Source: Azolla caroliniana (lineage: Eukaryota; Plantae; Polypodiophyta). From it: 64,000 bases of DNA. The stretch lies in NCBI GenBank assembly GCA_043228905.1, contig JBHGNT010000022.1, positions 11,904,001 to 11,968,000 of the forward strand, in the 5' to 3' direction. Positions 47,971-62,989 of this stretch are shown one piece after another. Position numbers and translations under genes: made by a program. Under the pieces are notes generated by a model. That model was not told where the DNA came from, did no database searches, and saw nothing but the letters and a program-made list of their open reading frames with translations. Every line of letters begins with the position of its first letter. Position 1 is the first letter of the stretch.

Positions 47971-50900
47971 AAAACGCTCCTTTTACACGACGCTTGGCCA
48001 CAACCGAGCTTAGAATCATACACAGAAAACGGGAAATAATGAACGACACGAAGAAGAGACGAGTACGCAGGATGTTTACGTGCAAACCCCAAACTAAGGG
48101 GAAAAACCACGGCAGCCCACAGGCTGCATACTATCACTATGTTAAAATGTACAACAGTGAGTTCACGGAGGCGACGACCTCGTGCTCACGATCCTCGCCA
48201 CAGGCGGCGGTTACAACAGAGGCAACGACCTCTTTCTCTCTGTTACTCTGTACACAATTACACGCTCTCTCTCTCCTTGCACCAACAAGAATGACAACCA
48301 CTCTATCTAAAAGTTTTCCCTAAGTCATATTTATACTAATATGATTTTTTGGCTATTTACAAATATAGCCACGATGGACTCTCAGAAACATATTTACAAA
48401 TATGTCTCTTCATCCGGTTCTCACTGGGTCTGCACCATCCGGCTCTCCGTAGCCGGGTACTCCTCATCCGGTTCTCACCGGGTCTGCACCATCCGGTTCT
48501 CCGTAGCCGGGTACTCCTCATCCGGTTCTCACCGGGTCTGCATCATCCAACTCTCCGTAGCCGGGTACTCCTCATCCGATTCTCACCGGGTCTGCACCAT
48601 CTGGCTCTCCGTAGTCGGGTACTCCTCATCCGGTTTCGGCCTCGGCTTATCGGCCTAGGCCGAGTTTGTTCATCAGCATTGTCCTTCTCCCTTCCCATCC
48701 GGAGGGACTTGTCTCCCAACAAACTCCCCCTTCACTCCGGCATCGGGTGTCTTACTAGTCCGATCCTCTTCCGGCATGCATCCAGCTTGTCGAGTATCAG
48801 CACTTTGGTTAGCATATCTGACCCGTTCTCGGCCGTGTGGATCTTCGTGAGTGCGAACTCCTGGTCATCTACTCTTTCCCGGATCCAATGATATCTTCAC
48901 TGGATATGCTTCGTCTGGGAATGGTAGGCCGCATTCTTAGCAAAATGGATGGCACTTTGACTGTCACAATAGAGTCGGTATTCATCTTGTCAGATACCGA
49001 GCTCTCCGATGAAGTCCTTCATCCATAATATTTCCTTGCCGGCTTCCACAGCCGCCATGTACTCCGCCTCTGTGGTTGACAAAGCAACCGTCTTCTACAG
49101 CCTCGACTGCCACGAGACAGCTCCTCCCCCTACATTTGTCATTACATATCCGGATGTAGACCGGTTGGTATCCACATCAGCCGACATGTCCGAATCGGTG
49201 AAACCGTCAAGTTGAGGTTTTCCAGAGCCAAATCGGAGACACATATTCGAAGTGCCCTTCAAATACCGGAGTATCCATTTGACCGGCTCATAAACCGGCT
49301 CACCACTCCGACTGCGTATCCTATATCCGGTCGGGTACACACCATTGCGTACATCAAGCTCCGAACAGCAGAGGCATATGGAATCTTCATCATATCTGCC
49401 TTCTCTGCTTTCGTCTTAGGGCTTTGCTTACCGGATAGCCTGCAGTTTGCCGGAAGTGTCGATCCAACCGGTTTCGCATCTGACATGTTGAACCGTTGAA
49501 GCACCTTTGTCGCGTACTTCTCCTGTGACAGCCATAATTGCTTCATTGACCGGTTCCAAATAATATGCATCCCCATCATCTGTCTTGCCGGACCCAAGTC
49601 TTTCATTGAGAAGGTCCGGTTGAGAGCCTTCTTCAGCATCCGTATTTTGGCTTGGTCCCCTCCGACGATCAACGTGTCGTCCACGTACAGAAGGAATATC
49701 AGGAAGTCGCCTCCTTCAAACTTCTTCACAAACACGCAGTGATCGGCCTGCGTCTTGTGGTACCCTTGATCGGCCATGAAGGAATCAAACTTACGGTACC
49801 ATTGTCGGGGAGCCTGCTTTAGTCCGTATAGGCTCTTCTTCAACCGGCATACCAGGTGCTCCTTCCCTTTCTCCACAAATCCCTATGGTTGTTGCATGCA
49901 GATCTCCTCTTCGAGGTCGCCGTGAAGGAATGTTGTCTTCACGTCCAGCTGTTCTACCTCGAGGTCCATGCTCGCCGCCATACTCAGCACCATCCGGATG
50001 GAGGTCATCTTTACTACCGGGGCAAATATCTCGTTGAAGTCCACGCCCTTCTTCTGCTAGAACCCCTTCACCACGATCCTGGCTTTGTATCTCGGGGGGT
50101 TGCCGGCATCTCCCGGTTTCAACTTGTACACCCACTTGTTTCGGAGTGCCCGCTTTCCTTTCGGCAACTCCACCAATTCATACGTATGGTTCTCATGCAG
50201 GGAATCCATCTCATCCTGCATGGCACTTAACCATTTGCGTCTGTGGGTGTCTTCCTTCGCTTCTTCGAAGCTTTCCGGCTCCCCCTCACCGGTCAGCAGG
50301 ACATGCTCTGCATTTGGAAATCTCGGGGGGGGGGCATCTCTCTCTAAGAGGATAACACCTTCAGATGCCAGTAGGATACTTCCTTACCGGTCCATACTCT
50401 CTGTGGCGTGTCTCCGTCCAAGGGTACTGAGGGTGATCTATTTATCACGTAGGTCGCCGTCGACAGTGCCTCAGCCCAAAACTTCTTGGGTATTTTTGCA
50501 TGCGCTAGCATACTCCGGACCCTCTCCATTATGGTCTGGTTCATCCTCTCGGCCAGTCCGTTTAGTTCCGGCGTCTTCGGCACGATAAATTCGAGCCGGA
50601 TTCCCTTCGAGCGGCAGTACTCCTCGAACTACCCCCGGTATTCTCCTCCGTTATCTGCTCGAACCGCTTTCAGCTTCCGGCCGGTTTCTCTTTCCACTCT
50701 CGCATGGAGCTCTTTGAAGACGGATAGCACCTGATCCTTCGTCTTCAACGGTGTGGCCCACAGCTTCCGGCTGTGGTCATCTATGAATGTCACGAAGTAC
50801 TACGCTCTGGCATGTAAGTTCGTGTCTACTTGACACACATCCGTATGCATCAACTCCAGTGGTGCATTACGTCTCATCGGTGGCCTTGGTCGGAAGGAGG

Positions 50901-53123
50901 TCCAGTTTTGCTTACCGGCTAGACAATCAGTGCACTTCTCCAAGTGCATGTTCTTCACTGGAATGAGTTTGTCGTCTGCAAGCCTCTTCATCCCCTTCTC
51001 GCTCATATGACACAGCCTCTGGTGCCACAGCTCACCGGCAATGTCGGATGCCACGTTCACTTCTTCCGGACATAACCGGGCATTCATCAGGTATAGTGTG
51101 TTGACCTTCCGGGCCCGAGCCACAATCAGGCTCCCTTTGCTGAACTTCATGACACCGTTCCGGATGCTACCCGTGTAGCCTTCATCATCTAGCCGACCGG
51201 CTGATATCAAGTTCAGACGAACCTCCGGAACGTGTCGAACATCCTTCAGCAACAACTTGCATCCGGTTGGTGTTGTCAGCCACACGTCTCCTATGCCGAC
51301 AATTCGGCATGTACCTTCATTCCCCATCCAGACACAGTCGTGATCATCGATTGAGTAGGATGAGAAGCATTTCCGGTCCGGGGTAAGGTGGAAGGACGCT
51401 CCGGAGTCTACCACCCAAGTCATCTCGTCGCCGGCAAGGTTTATCTCACTCTCCTCGGTGATGAGCATCAACTCTTCTTCACTTGCCACGATTGCCGTCG
51501 TTCCCTTCCAATCCGGCCCCCTCCGGTCTTTACCGTTCCAGTCCGGGGTCCGCTTCGAATCTGTACCGTCGGTTTCCTTGTCTTTTCGGAAATGCCGACA
51601 GTTCTTTTGGAAGTGTCCCGGCTTGCCGCAATAGAAGCAAGTAGGCCTCCCCCTTGACTTTGATCGTGTCCCCGACTTCTCCCGGTTCTAGGGACTACGG
51701 TTTCTATGTCTTCCGCGTTGTGATTCAGTAAGGAGCGCTTTGGAGTCGGAGCTAGTATCTTTGTCTTTCCGACGCGCCTCCTCATCTAGCAAGCTCGACT
51801 TTACTCTTGCTAGGGATAACCGCTTTCCTTCCGGCCCGACGTTGCCCAAAGTGACAACCAAAGTCTCCCAGCTATCCGGGAGGGAATCAAGCAGGAGTAG
51901 CGCAAGTACCTGATCGGCGAGAGGTACTTCCAATGAAGTTGCCTGGTGGATCAACCCCTGGAAGGCATTCATGTGCTCCGCCATGCTGGAGCCATCTTGG
52001 TACCGGAGTCTTACTAGCTTCCGGAACACCGAAACCTGATTAACAGCATTTTTGTTTTGAAACATAATGCCGATCTTCTCCCAGAGGTCATGAGCCTTGC
52101 TCTCTTCATTGAAGTTGTTGTATAGGCTAATGTCGATGAAGCACCGTATGTAAGCCGTTGTCTTCATGTGCATCACCTCCCATATCGTGGCGTCGATTTT
52201 GTCCGGTCTCTTGTCCCCAAACTGAACCGGCAACCAAAGATCTTTAACCACGAGCATGTCCCTCACCTTCGACTTCCATACCGAATAGTTGGAGCCGGTG
52301 AGCTTGAACATGCCGCCAAACGATTCGTCCATTTTCTGTGTTGTTTCGCTCTAATACCACTTGACAGGAACTAAAACGCTCCTTTTACACGACGCTCGGC
52401 CACACCCGAGCTTAGAATCATACACAGAAAACTGGAAATAATGAACGACACGAAGAAGAGACGAGTACGCAGAATGTTTACGTGGAAAACCCAAACTAAG
52501 GGTAAAAACCACGGCAACCCACAAGCTGCATACTATCACTATGTTAAAATGTACAACAGTGAGTTCACGGAGGCAACGACCTTGTGCTCACGATCCTCGC
52601 CATAGGCGGCAATTACAACAGAGGCAACAACCTCTTTCTCTCTGTTAGTCTGTACACAATTACATGCTCTCTCTCTCCTTGCACCAACAAGAATGACAAC
52701 CACTCTATCTAAAAGTTTTCCCTAAGTCATATTTATACTAATATGATTTTTTGGCTATTTACAAATATAGCCACGATGGACTCTCAGAAACATATTTACA
52801 AATATGTCTCTTCATCCGGTTCTCACTGGGTTTGCACCATCCGGCTCTCCGTAGCCGGGTACTCCTCATCCGGTTCTCACCGGGTCTGCACCATCCGGCT
52901 CTCAGTAGCCGGGTACTCCTCATCCGGTTCTCACCGGGTCTGCACCATCCGGCTCTCTGTAGCCGGGTACTCCTCATCTGGTTCTCACGGGGTCCGCACC
53001 ATCCGACTCTCCGTAGCCGGGTACTCCTCATCTGGTTTCGGCCTCGGCCTATCGGCCTAGGCCGAGTTTTTTCATCAGCACTGTCCTTCTCCCTTCCCTT
53101 CCGGAGGGACTTGTCTCCCAACA
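47971..53123 (-). mobile_element. Copia C, copy 2 (both LTRs; gag present; deletion in integrase region)
   Basis: LTRs 47971-48721 (first ~11 bp missing) and 52362-53123. PBS TGGTATTAGAGC, gag ORF 51688-52332, protease 50800-51489, RT fragments. Followed by the TSD GCAAC (53124-53128). Confidence 0.92.
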
Positions 53124-56100
53124 GCAACTTGCCGATCCGTGTGAACATACCGAAGTTCAACCTTATCGCTCAAGACACACTCACGCAGGAACTGATAGTG
53201 CACTTCTATGTGCTTTGTGCGAGCATGGAACATAGTGTTCTTGGTGAGCTGCATGCTGCTGATGTTATCACAATATATCGGGATCGGGGTTGGTACCTCG
53301 ATCCGCAAGTCTCGCAGTAGTCGCCGAAGCCAAATGGCTTCGCAGGTTGCAAAGGTCACGCACCGGTACTCAGCCTCAGTGCTTGATAGAGCCACTGTTG
53401 GCTGCTTTTTGCTGCTGCATGCAACAGCTACGTTCCCAAGGGAAAACATAAAACCGGAGGTTGATCGGCGATCTGATGCATCTCCGGCCCAGTCGGCATC
53501 TGTGTAACCGACCAGCTCTTCGGGTATACCGTGCCAGTATAACAGGCCCCGGTCCTTCGTGCCACTTACATATCGCGGTATCCGCTGCGCACACTGAAGG
53601 TGCTCCACGGTCGGCTTCTGCATGAATTGACTTATCATTCCGACCGGATAACTGATGTCGGGTCGCGTGATAGTCAAGTAAATAAGGTTTTCGACAATTT
53701 GTCGGAACCGTTTCTCGTTGCAGGCCGGTCCGGAGTTGGGACGAAGCTTCTGGTTCCGGTCCAAGGGTGTGGAGACAGGTCGGCATTCTGTCATGCTGAA
53801 CTTGTACAACATATTCAAAACGTAATGTCGTTGTGAGAGCAATATGCCGTCTGGGGTTCGGATCACCTCGATCCCTAGAAAATAATGAAGGTCCCCCAGA
53901 TCCTTCCTCTCAAATGCGTCCGACAATTGGGACTTGACGCGGTTGATTTCTGGAACTCCTGGTCCGGTGATGACTAGATCATCAACATGCAGTAGTATAC
54001 ATACCGGACCGGCTGAGCCTTGCCGGATGAACAATGAAGAGTCCGATTTGGAGGCCACAAACCCCATCTTACCCAACCGGTGCGTGATCTTCGCATTCCA
54101 AGCTCGAGGGGCTTGCTTCAAGCCGTACAACGACTTCTTCAGCCGGCATACCGCCGACTTGTTCATCTCCGATTCAAAGCCAGGGGGCTGAGTCATAAAG
54201 ACTTCTTCTTCAAGATCACCCTAAAGAAACGCATTCTTCACATCCATCTGGTGAAGATGCCACCCCCTTGCTGCAGCAACCGCCAGCACCACACGAACCG
54301 TCGTCATCTTCGCTACCGGAGCGAAGGTCTCGTCGTAGTCGATTCCGTGGGTCTGCGCGTATCCCTTCGCCACTAACCGACCTTTATACCGGTTAACAAA
54401 ACCGTTGGCGTTGTACTTTACCTTGTATATCCACTTGCATCCGATCAGTTTACAGTAAGGAGGAGGGTCAACCAGGTCCCATGTTTTGTTCACATCAAGT
54501 GCCCGCATTTCTTCTTCCATAGCGGCACGCTAATTTGCGTCCTTGGCCGCTTCTGCGTAGCTCTCCGGCTCACGCACTTCCGCCACCTTAGTCATGTACG
54601 CATAGTGATGCGCCATGTACTCATTGTACCCGTACCACTTGACGGGATCCTTCTAGCGGGTGGACCGACGTAACTCACTGTTACCCGGTTTGAGGCCCTT
54701 CTTGGTCGGTTCAATCTTCGTTGCCGAGGATCCGCCTTTCTCCTTGCCGGAGTTGGATGCACATCGATCCGACTCATCGTTGCCGGTTTCGAATTCCGGC
54801 ATCTTCTTCTTCCCCTTCTCTTTGCGCGTGAACCGTCTCCTCGGTTCCTTGCGCGGGGAGTGCACAGCAGAGTCTCCACTACTCGTCGGTTCCCCATCGG
54901 ACTGGTCAGATTGACTCAGTCTCTCGTTCGGCCCGCTCAACCGGAACGATTCCGAACTCTCATCCAGAGTCCATGCTTCATCATCCTCTACCTGGACCGG
55001 ATCAGGCTCACTAGCCTCATCCTCCAGCATCGGGTCAGATTCGGAAGTCGGAGTCGGTAAGGAGTACCACGATGCCGATTCATCAAACTCGACATCTCGA
55101 CTAACTCGGACCTGCCTTTTCCAGGGGTTATAACCCTTTTGCTCTTGAGCATAGCCGACTAGGATGCATTTTTCTGATTTTGCATCCAGCTTCCTCCGCT
55201 TCTCTTCCGGTACATGCACATATGCAATGCTACCGAATATCTTAAGGTGTCTCAAATTTGGCTTGCGTCCGAAATACAGCTCGTGAGCTAACACCTTGTC
55301 ACTGATCCGGTTCTGGATGTAGACAGTTGTTCGGACTGCCTCCGCCTAGTAGAATTTGGGCACGCTCTTCTCCTCCAGCATTGCCCTTTCCGCATCAATA
55401 AGCGACCGGTTCTTCCTTTTGACAACACATGTATCTGCAGATGAACTCTCGCCGAATTCCCTTTTGTTGTAGATAACTGTTGAATTGGCCGGAAAAATAC
55501 TCTTTTCCGCCATCTGACCGCAAGCATTTGATCTTCCTTTCCGATTCCCATTCCACCATGCTTTGGAGACTCCGGAAACACTCGAAGACTTCACTCTTCC
55601 GCTCAATGAGGTAGATCCATGTGTGTCGCGTATAGTCGTCGATGAAGGAGACGAAATATCGACTCCCGCCAAGACTAACATTCTATGCCGGTCCCCACAC
55701 ATCCGAATGGGTAAGGTCGAGCTTGTTACAGCTCTGGTTATGTTCGGTGGGGAATGGAAGCCGGTGTTGCTTCCCGAGTTGGCAGGCTTCACATACTTGG
55801 GCCTTCCGGCCGCTAAATTTTAGCAAACCGAAAACAACTTGTTTCGTTTGCAGGTCTTGAAGCCTCCGGTAATTGACGTGGCCTACTCGCTTGTGCCACA
55901 GGTCGATGTCCGATTCGACCTTCTGTCCTTTTGCAAACAGAGCGGGATAAACATCCTCCCGTCTCTACGCCCTTGCGCAATAATCTGGCCCTCTTCCTCA
56001 ATGAAGCACCTGAGGTGCATAAACCGCACCTGCATCCCTTGGTCGACGATTTGTCTGACCGACACCAGGTTCTTCTTGATCGTCGGAACGTGTAACACGT

Positions 56101-57772
56101 TCATCAGCTTCCCCTTCTGTCCGACGTGGCTCAAAGGGACTTCTCCGACGTGCACAATTGGGTGAGGAGTGTCGTCTCCGGTTTCGACTACTCCTGGTTG
56201 ATCCGGTTTCTCCAAAAAGGAGAACCACTCTTTGTGGTTCGTCATGTGGTTCGACGCACCGGAATCAACATACCACACTTCCTCCGATTTGGAAGTGGTC
56301 TTCTTCATCGAGTTCACCTCGTCATTCATCACCAAGGCTAGCCCGTTACCGTTCTTGGATCCTCCCGATCCCTTCGTGTAGTGCGAGCTTTGCCGGATCC
56401 GGATTTGTCCGAATCGGCGCGTTTTCTCCAGCACTCGCTTTCTCTGTGGCCATTTTGGCCACAGTACCAGCATTCCGTTGCAGATTTGTCTTGCCGGCCT
56501 CCGGCACCGCCTTGACTCCCCATGCCTGTGGAAGTCCCGAAACTGTTGTCGGCACGTTCTCTATGCCTTCGTTCTTGCTCTTGTCGGCCGCCTCCATTGC
56601 GTGCCGACCCGCCTCGTCCACCACGCCCACAGGACCGATCCGCTTCCGTGTACAACATCCGGTTGTCAATGGGTGCGCTAGTTGACGCACCGACGTGGTT
56701 CTCCTCTACAAGGAGCATCAACTGTAAGTCGAAAAATGACGGCGTATTCTCCCTTGTACATACCGCCGTTCGGAACGCTCTGAACTTAGACGCTAGGCCC
56801 CCAAGATAGACCTGTACCATCTCGTCTTCCTCTACGGCAACGTTGATAGAGGCAAGCGAGTCACAGATCTCTTTGATCCGGGTCGTGTAATCCGCCACCG
56901 ACATGTCCTTCTGTCGAACATTGCTCAACTCCTGTCGGAGTTGCAGCTTCCGAGCTGTAGTGCTCGTGGCGAAAACCTTCTTCAGGTTCCCCCAAGCCTC
57001 CTTCAACGTCTTGGCGTCTCGGATGTGGCTCAGCAGCTAGTCTCCGACACTAGACGCGAAGTAGTACATCACTCTGCTTGCCGATTGTTCCCACACTAGG
57101 AAGTCCTTATGTGCCGCATCAGGTGTTGTTTCGTTGGCTCCTTCGACGAAACTCTAGTAGCCATGCCCAAGCAGGTACTGGTGCATCTTATACGACCAAG
57201 ATGCAGAGTTGGATCTGTCGAGTTTCTCCACAGGGAGCGAGCTAGCCATCCCTCTATCCATCACTTCTCTGTCTGTTGTTTTACTACCTGTTAGGGTTTG
57301 CTTTCAAGCATTTGTTGGTTGTAGAGGAGGTTCTCAACCCTCGCGCTCTGATACCATGTAAACAATTACTTGCGGAAGCGTTAGAAAACAGAGAAAGCGG
57401 GGAATACACAGAGTACACGGGAGAGACAGAGAGAGCAGAACCTCAAAGCTATGTTCAAAAATATATAAAAACACTCTGTACATACAACTATGCTCAATAG
57501 CATTATTTATACAAGTCCTCATGGGACTGACAGAAGTACCGCGTACTTCATTTGCTCACATGAGCATCTGACACTTACTACGAGACTATAATTGCCTAGT
57601 AGTCTACACTAATACTAGGCTTCCGGTTACTGATTGGATCCAGCAAACTGGCTCCCCAGCTCACTGGCTTTGTTGCTTGCCGGCTCAGTTGCTCATAGTT
57701 TACCGATCCGTCTCACTTGCCGGCTCAGGCTTATTCAGCCGATCCGGCTCCAGTTCAACTAGCTGCTCAACA
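53124..57772 (-). mobile_element. Copia B, copy 2 (RT/RNase H, integrase, gag remnants and 5' LTR 57357-57772)
   Basis: [63 protein letters not shown]; TGACT after the LTR, as in copy 1. Confidence 0.9.
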
Positions 57773-59669
57773 TGACTAAGGACATCAAATTTGTTCGCTA
57801 GATTTGGGCTAATAGTACTATTAGGACTATCAAATATCCTTGCTGAAATAGACTCAGGTTTAGTACAATCAGAACTAGCAACTATTTGGTTTACCTGCCT
57901 TCTTGGCCTATGGGCACAGTTTACCACGATATGCCCTGGTCCACCGCAATAAAGACATAGTCGATTTGCTCGGCGTTGTTGCTTTTCTTCTTCCGATAGC
58001 GGTCCACGACGACGTGTGGTGTCAATTTCCATCGAAGTTGGAGTACTTACTGGAGGCGCATTATATGATTCCCTCGGAAAAGGTTTCGCTACCACTGAGG
58101 CGTAGGTAGGCTCTGATCTTGCCCTCGGAATCTGGAATTGTCGTTCCGAACGTCGTTCGAAGAGGCGGTTGTCGCATCTCCCCGCGCAATTGATTGCTTC
58201 TGTTAATGACTTTGGCTCTTCGGGGAAGGTCAAGAGTAAATTCGTGACATCGGTGCGTAAACCATAACGAAATTGCTCCATCAATGCGTGATCATCCCAA
58301 GGGATATCGGCAACGAGTAGGCGGAAATCTGCAGCGTATGCGGGGGTTGGACGGTCATCTTGGCGTAATCACCGGATTTTGTTGATTGCAGTCCTTATGC
58401 TGTCAGTATCTCCAAAATAGGCCTTAAACTCACTTATAAAATCTTCAAATTTGTTTAGTAATGGAGATTCTTTTTCCAACAATGGAGCAAACCATGCTAA
58501 CGTTGAGCCACTAAGGAGAGTGCCTAATAATCCCACTCGTGATGCATCGGTGGGATATCGAGAAGGATGCATTTGTATCACTAAACGTACCTGATTCAAA
58601 AACCCTCTAAACTGTGATTGGGTCCCATCAAATTTTGCAGGAAGACCGATCTTGGATTCTTTGTGAATCCCTTGAGTGCTTGATCCATAGTCGCTTCGAG
58701 TTGTTGTACATGTAACGTCAACTCCCCATGTTGTTGTTGTTTTTCCAACGCTATTTGTTGAAGATCCCCCAACAAACGATGATTTTCTTGTTCTAGTGCT
58801 ACAAATTTCTCTTTTAAGCACTAGAGCTCCGAGAAAACAGATTGGTATTCCTAAGTGCTAACAGTTTCCATTTTACTAGGGAGGATAAGAGGATTAATAA
58901 GAAGATAAAAGGAAGAGGAGGAAGGAAGAACGAGCAAAATTGGTTCAAACTGTCAAGAAAGAAGTATTAAAAGAAGTATTCGTACTAAGAGAAGGAATTA
59001 GTACTAAAAGAAGTATTCGTACTAAGAGAGGTGAAGAACTCTCGAGAGAAGTAAAGAGTGAGTGAGAGGGAGGGAGAGAGAGGGAGAGAGTGATGATAAG
59101 AAAAGATATTAAGACAAAGAAGGAATTAGTACTAAAAGAAGTATTCGTACTAAAAGAGGGAGAGAGTGATGATAAGAAAATATATTAAGATAGAGAAGGA
59201 ATTAGTACTAAAAGAAGTATTCGTACTAAGAGAGGGAGAGAGTGATGATAAGAAAAGATATTAAGACAGAGAAGGAATTAGTACTAAAAGAAGTGTCTGT
59301 ACTAAGAGAGGTGAAGAACTCTCAAGAGAAGGAAAGAGTGAGTGAGAGGGAGGGAGAGAGAGGGACAGAGTGATGATAAGAAAAGATATATATTATGTGA
59401 AGAGAATGTACAGTAGTAGCTAGGAGGCTTAAGACTGGCGTTAAATCGATTTGGTTCGAAATAATGCCTTGTGCCTCCTTTTATAGTGTTCTGAGGAATA
59501 CTCTTAAAGTTTCTAGAATGTTCCAGAGAAATCTAGAATATACATCAATTTTCTATAATAAAACATAAATGAAAATAATATTTTATGTATCACAATGTAT
59601 GGTCTAATGGTCAAGAGCTCAACCCATGTAGCATAAGGTCATGGGTTTGAGTCTTGTCATATCATGACA
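57773..59669 (-). mobile_element. Duplicated Gypsy gag and 5' LTR (copy 2)
   Basis: Nearly identical to 23822-25735; gag ORFs 57700-58284 and 58369-58821. Confidence 0.9.
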
Positions 59670-60126
59670 CCAACGTATAAAAATGAATGTTATGCTAGAC
59701 GAACACGAATTTTACGTACTATACTTTCAATTGTTAATTTTAAACCTCTAAGCTCTAACTTATTAAAAATTATATGCATTAATAATTATATGTAGAGTCT
59801 CCTTTTGATTTATGATTATCAAATATATGACCAAATTTATAATATGTATGATGACCAAATTTATAATAAGTGTGATAACTAAATTTATGATAAGTATGAT
59901 GACCAAATTTATGATGATTTTCTCACAGAAATTTATAATATGTATGATAATAAATATCTCTAAAAACTGGTTTGGTTTGGTTTTGATTTATGATAAACCG
60001 GTTTGGTGTAGTTCTAAATTTTCAGTAAACAGTTCAGTTTAAATGGCTTCTTTGGATTTTATTATAACTAAATGGTTTGGTTTGGTTTCAAGGCCAAGAA
60101 ACCGAACCGAATCGGGCCCATTGCTA
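59670..60126. mobile_element. Duplicated right end of the hAT element
   Basis: Ends CGGGCCCATTGCTA followed by GTGAAGAT; this TIR is a 14-bp match to the left TIR at 11738. Confidence 0.85.
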
Positions 60127-61695
60127 GTGAAGATGCAATTTTGTGATAGTAGAAGTTGATGGCAAGCCTTTCCTAAACCAAGAATTGGGAACTCATATAC
60201 AAGCATGCAACACAGAACCATGGCACTAGTGACACTAAAAATTACATCTAGTTATACAACAGAGCATGGAGCCAAATTTGTGTAGAACATACAAACTATG
60301 ATATTACAAAGCATTCAAGCCAATTTCCATTTTTATGTTTATTGTTGTCAATATCATTTCCCATCTCATGCTTGAATGCTCCATAGAGCGCTGTAGTAAT
60401 GTGAGGAGAGCACATGCAGAAATGGGTTAAACTAAATTTTCATCTCCTTAATCCTTATCAAACTTCCTTTTATTAAGCCACTCCAAGTAATAGAGTAGAG
60501 AATTATCTCACATGTGTCTTAATTTCCCTTTCATTACTTGAAACTAAGTTTCCTTTCCGTTATTCATTTAAAGTTGTTTCTTACTCACAATCAAACATGG
60601 ATCACAACTGATTTTTTTGGCTCTAAAATCCCAGCTTGGAACACAAAATTACACAATTTTAGAGCAAATTCGCCGAACAACTAGTTGTGGGTAAATATGG
60701 AAAGAAACTCATTGCATCAACATAAAGATTTCATCTCAAGGAAGACATTGAGATTTTCGGAGCTAGATTTTGACCTCTGAGCGAAAAGTTGTGAGATCAT
60801 ATGTTAATTTTGAACAACGGGAATTGAACATGCTACATTGACCAAAGATCACATCCATTGACCAGAGGACATCCCGAAGGGGGGAGGTTATAAACATAAA
60901 TCTCCGAAATTTCAACCCCCTTCAAGGAGGCATGAATACTTTTAAATTTTCAAAAACTGGAATCCCATTGAAGGAAAACTCCACCCAGGACTAGTGTTGG
61001 GCAAAGTTTTTAATCCCTACCACAAATTTTCCTACTTCTGATTAACCTAATTGGATTATAACCATTTTAATTGGCCATTTTTGTATTAATGTTTATGTCA
61101 TTTAGAACTTCTTGATTATTATTTTTTAAATCATCACATACCAAATCGTATAGCATGAACATTTGGTAGAAATTTTACAATTGGTAAAATATTGAGAACA
61201 TTGGCAACTAAGTAAACCATTGAGAAAAAAATTACTATACAATATTGAAACATCAAATGCTATATTGAAACCATAGTACGTAATATTCGTGTTTCTTAGC
61301 CCAAACATTTGTTTTCATACGTATGCAAACGAATGTGTATGTTATTAAAACATTTTTGTGTTTTTTTTTACACTTTTTGCCTTAACTTACCTTAACTTTC
61401 TTACCCTAAAATAAAAACCTTATAATAAATAATGAGCGCAAAAGTATATGGTATTTACCATAATTCGAGGGTGTTTTTCTTACGTGAATGATAAGAATGT
61501 TCACGAATGCGCATGCACGAATGGTATGTATGCTTCATACTATGATTGAAACATCACATATCATATTGAAACATCACATACCATATTGAAACAAAAATAC
61601 TAGATTGACCACTAGATATGATAAACATTAAATGCCATATTGAAACACAAATACCATGTTAAGAAATGGCATGTCATATTGAAACATCACATACC

Positions 61696-62361
61696 TGTCA
61701 CCCATTTTTGTTCCAGGTCCAGTTCCCAATGAGGATTGGACATGGTCTCTCACGCCCGTTCGTGTTCCAGTTCCAGTTCCCGATGAGGACCGCACATGGT
61801 CACTCACGTCCATTGGTGTTCCAGTTCCAGTTCCCGGTGAGGACCGCACATGGTCACTCACGTCCGTTGGTGTTCATGTTTCCAATGAGGACAACATATG
61901 GTTTCTCACTCCCACCACTTCTCGTTCACCCCTACACCGTACTTTTGAAAAGGCGGCAAAGGGGAAGATAATGTCACATACATCACAACAGTTATGTCAA
62001 GATTTGAACTCTTGACCTCTTGTATTATTGTCAAGTGTTATATTGTAACCAACACATCCAAGTACATAATCGTGTTACACATTCTAAGAGTTTTTAGAAA
62101 GTTCTAGAACTAGAAGGTTCTAGAGGGTTCTAGAATATTCTCCAAAATATTCTCAAGAATATTCTAATGCATGTACTTCAACTCACAATATAAATACTTG
62201 TAACCTCCACACTAGTTATTCTTGTTCCATTCCATCTTGTCTCATTCTTCATCTCTGTCTTCATGCTCTCATGTTCTTCATTTAATATCGGTTGTAGCCT
62301 TATCACTCATAGTCTCATCATCTGTGTTTCGTCTTAGTCCGCGCTTGGTGTGTTTGTGATA
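61696..62361 (+). mobile_element. Duplicated, internally deleted remnant of the family D LTR/minisatellite element
   Basis: Matches 30669-31328; the first bases TGTCAC are fused directly to the minisatellite. Confidence 0.8.
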
Positions 62362-62989
62362 GTACGTGTGAAATTGAGTAGCGACTCTTGATGTTCAAGA
62401 ACTTTGCCAATGAATGTTGCAATTGAGAGTGCACATTGTAGTTGTGAAAGAAATTCGTGCAAGGATTGGGTTTGGGGGATTTTATGGCCGAATCTCAATA
62501 TCATGGTGAACCATCCATGGAAAATTATGCCAAAGGGGAAAATAAAGAAGATTTTGAGAAGAATAAATTGTCATCTCAACAGTTGATATGGTCGTGGATA
62601 AAGCAACATCTCATGGGTTAGAGTGAGATTCTAAAGTTCATGGTAATGTCAGATGAGTACGTACTAATAAAGATATAGATGTTGAAGATGAAGAGTGGCA
62701 TCGAGTGAAGTATAAGATAGAAGGGAAGGGTGTTGCCATCCAAAGAGACACAAAAAGTACTAATGGTGAGGCAATATCAATAGATAAATCGAGAATGGAT
62801 GAGGGCTTTAAGAAAAATCCTTGGTAGAAACAATATAAAATTAGAGATTGTCTAACCAGTTACAATTTGATTCTTCAGAAAGGGTGGTGCAACCTCAATT
62901 CCAAGGACTTCGTACTTGTGCGGCTAGACAACAAAATTCTATAATTGGTGGAGGGGATGTAGTACACACAAATCCTTATGCAACTCTTG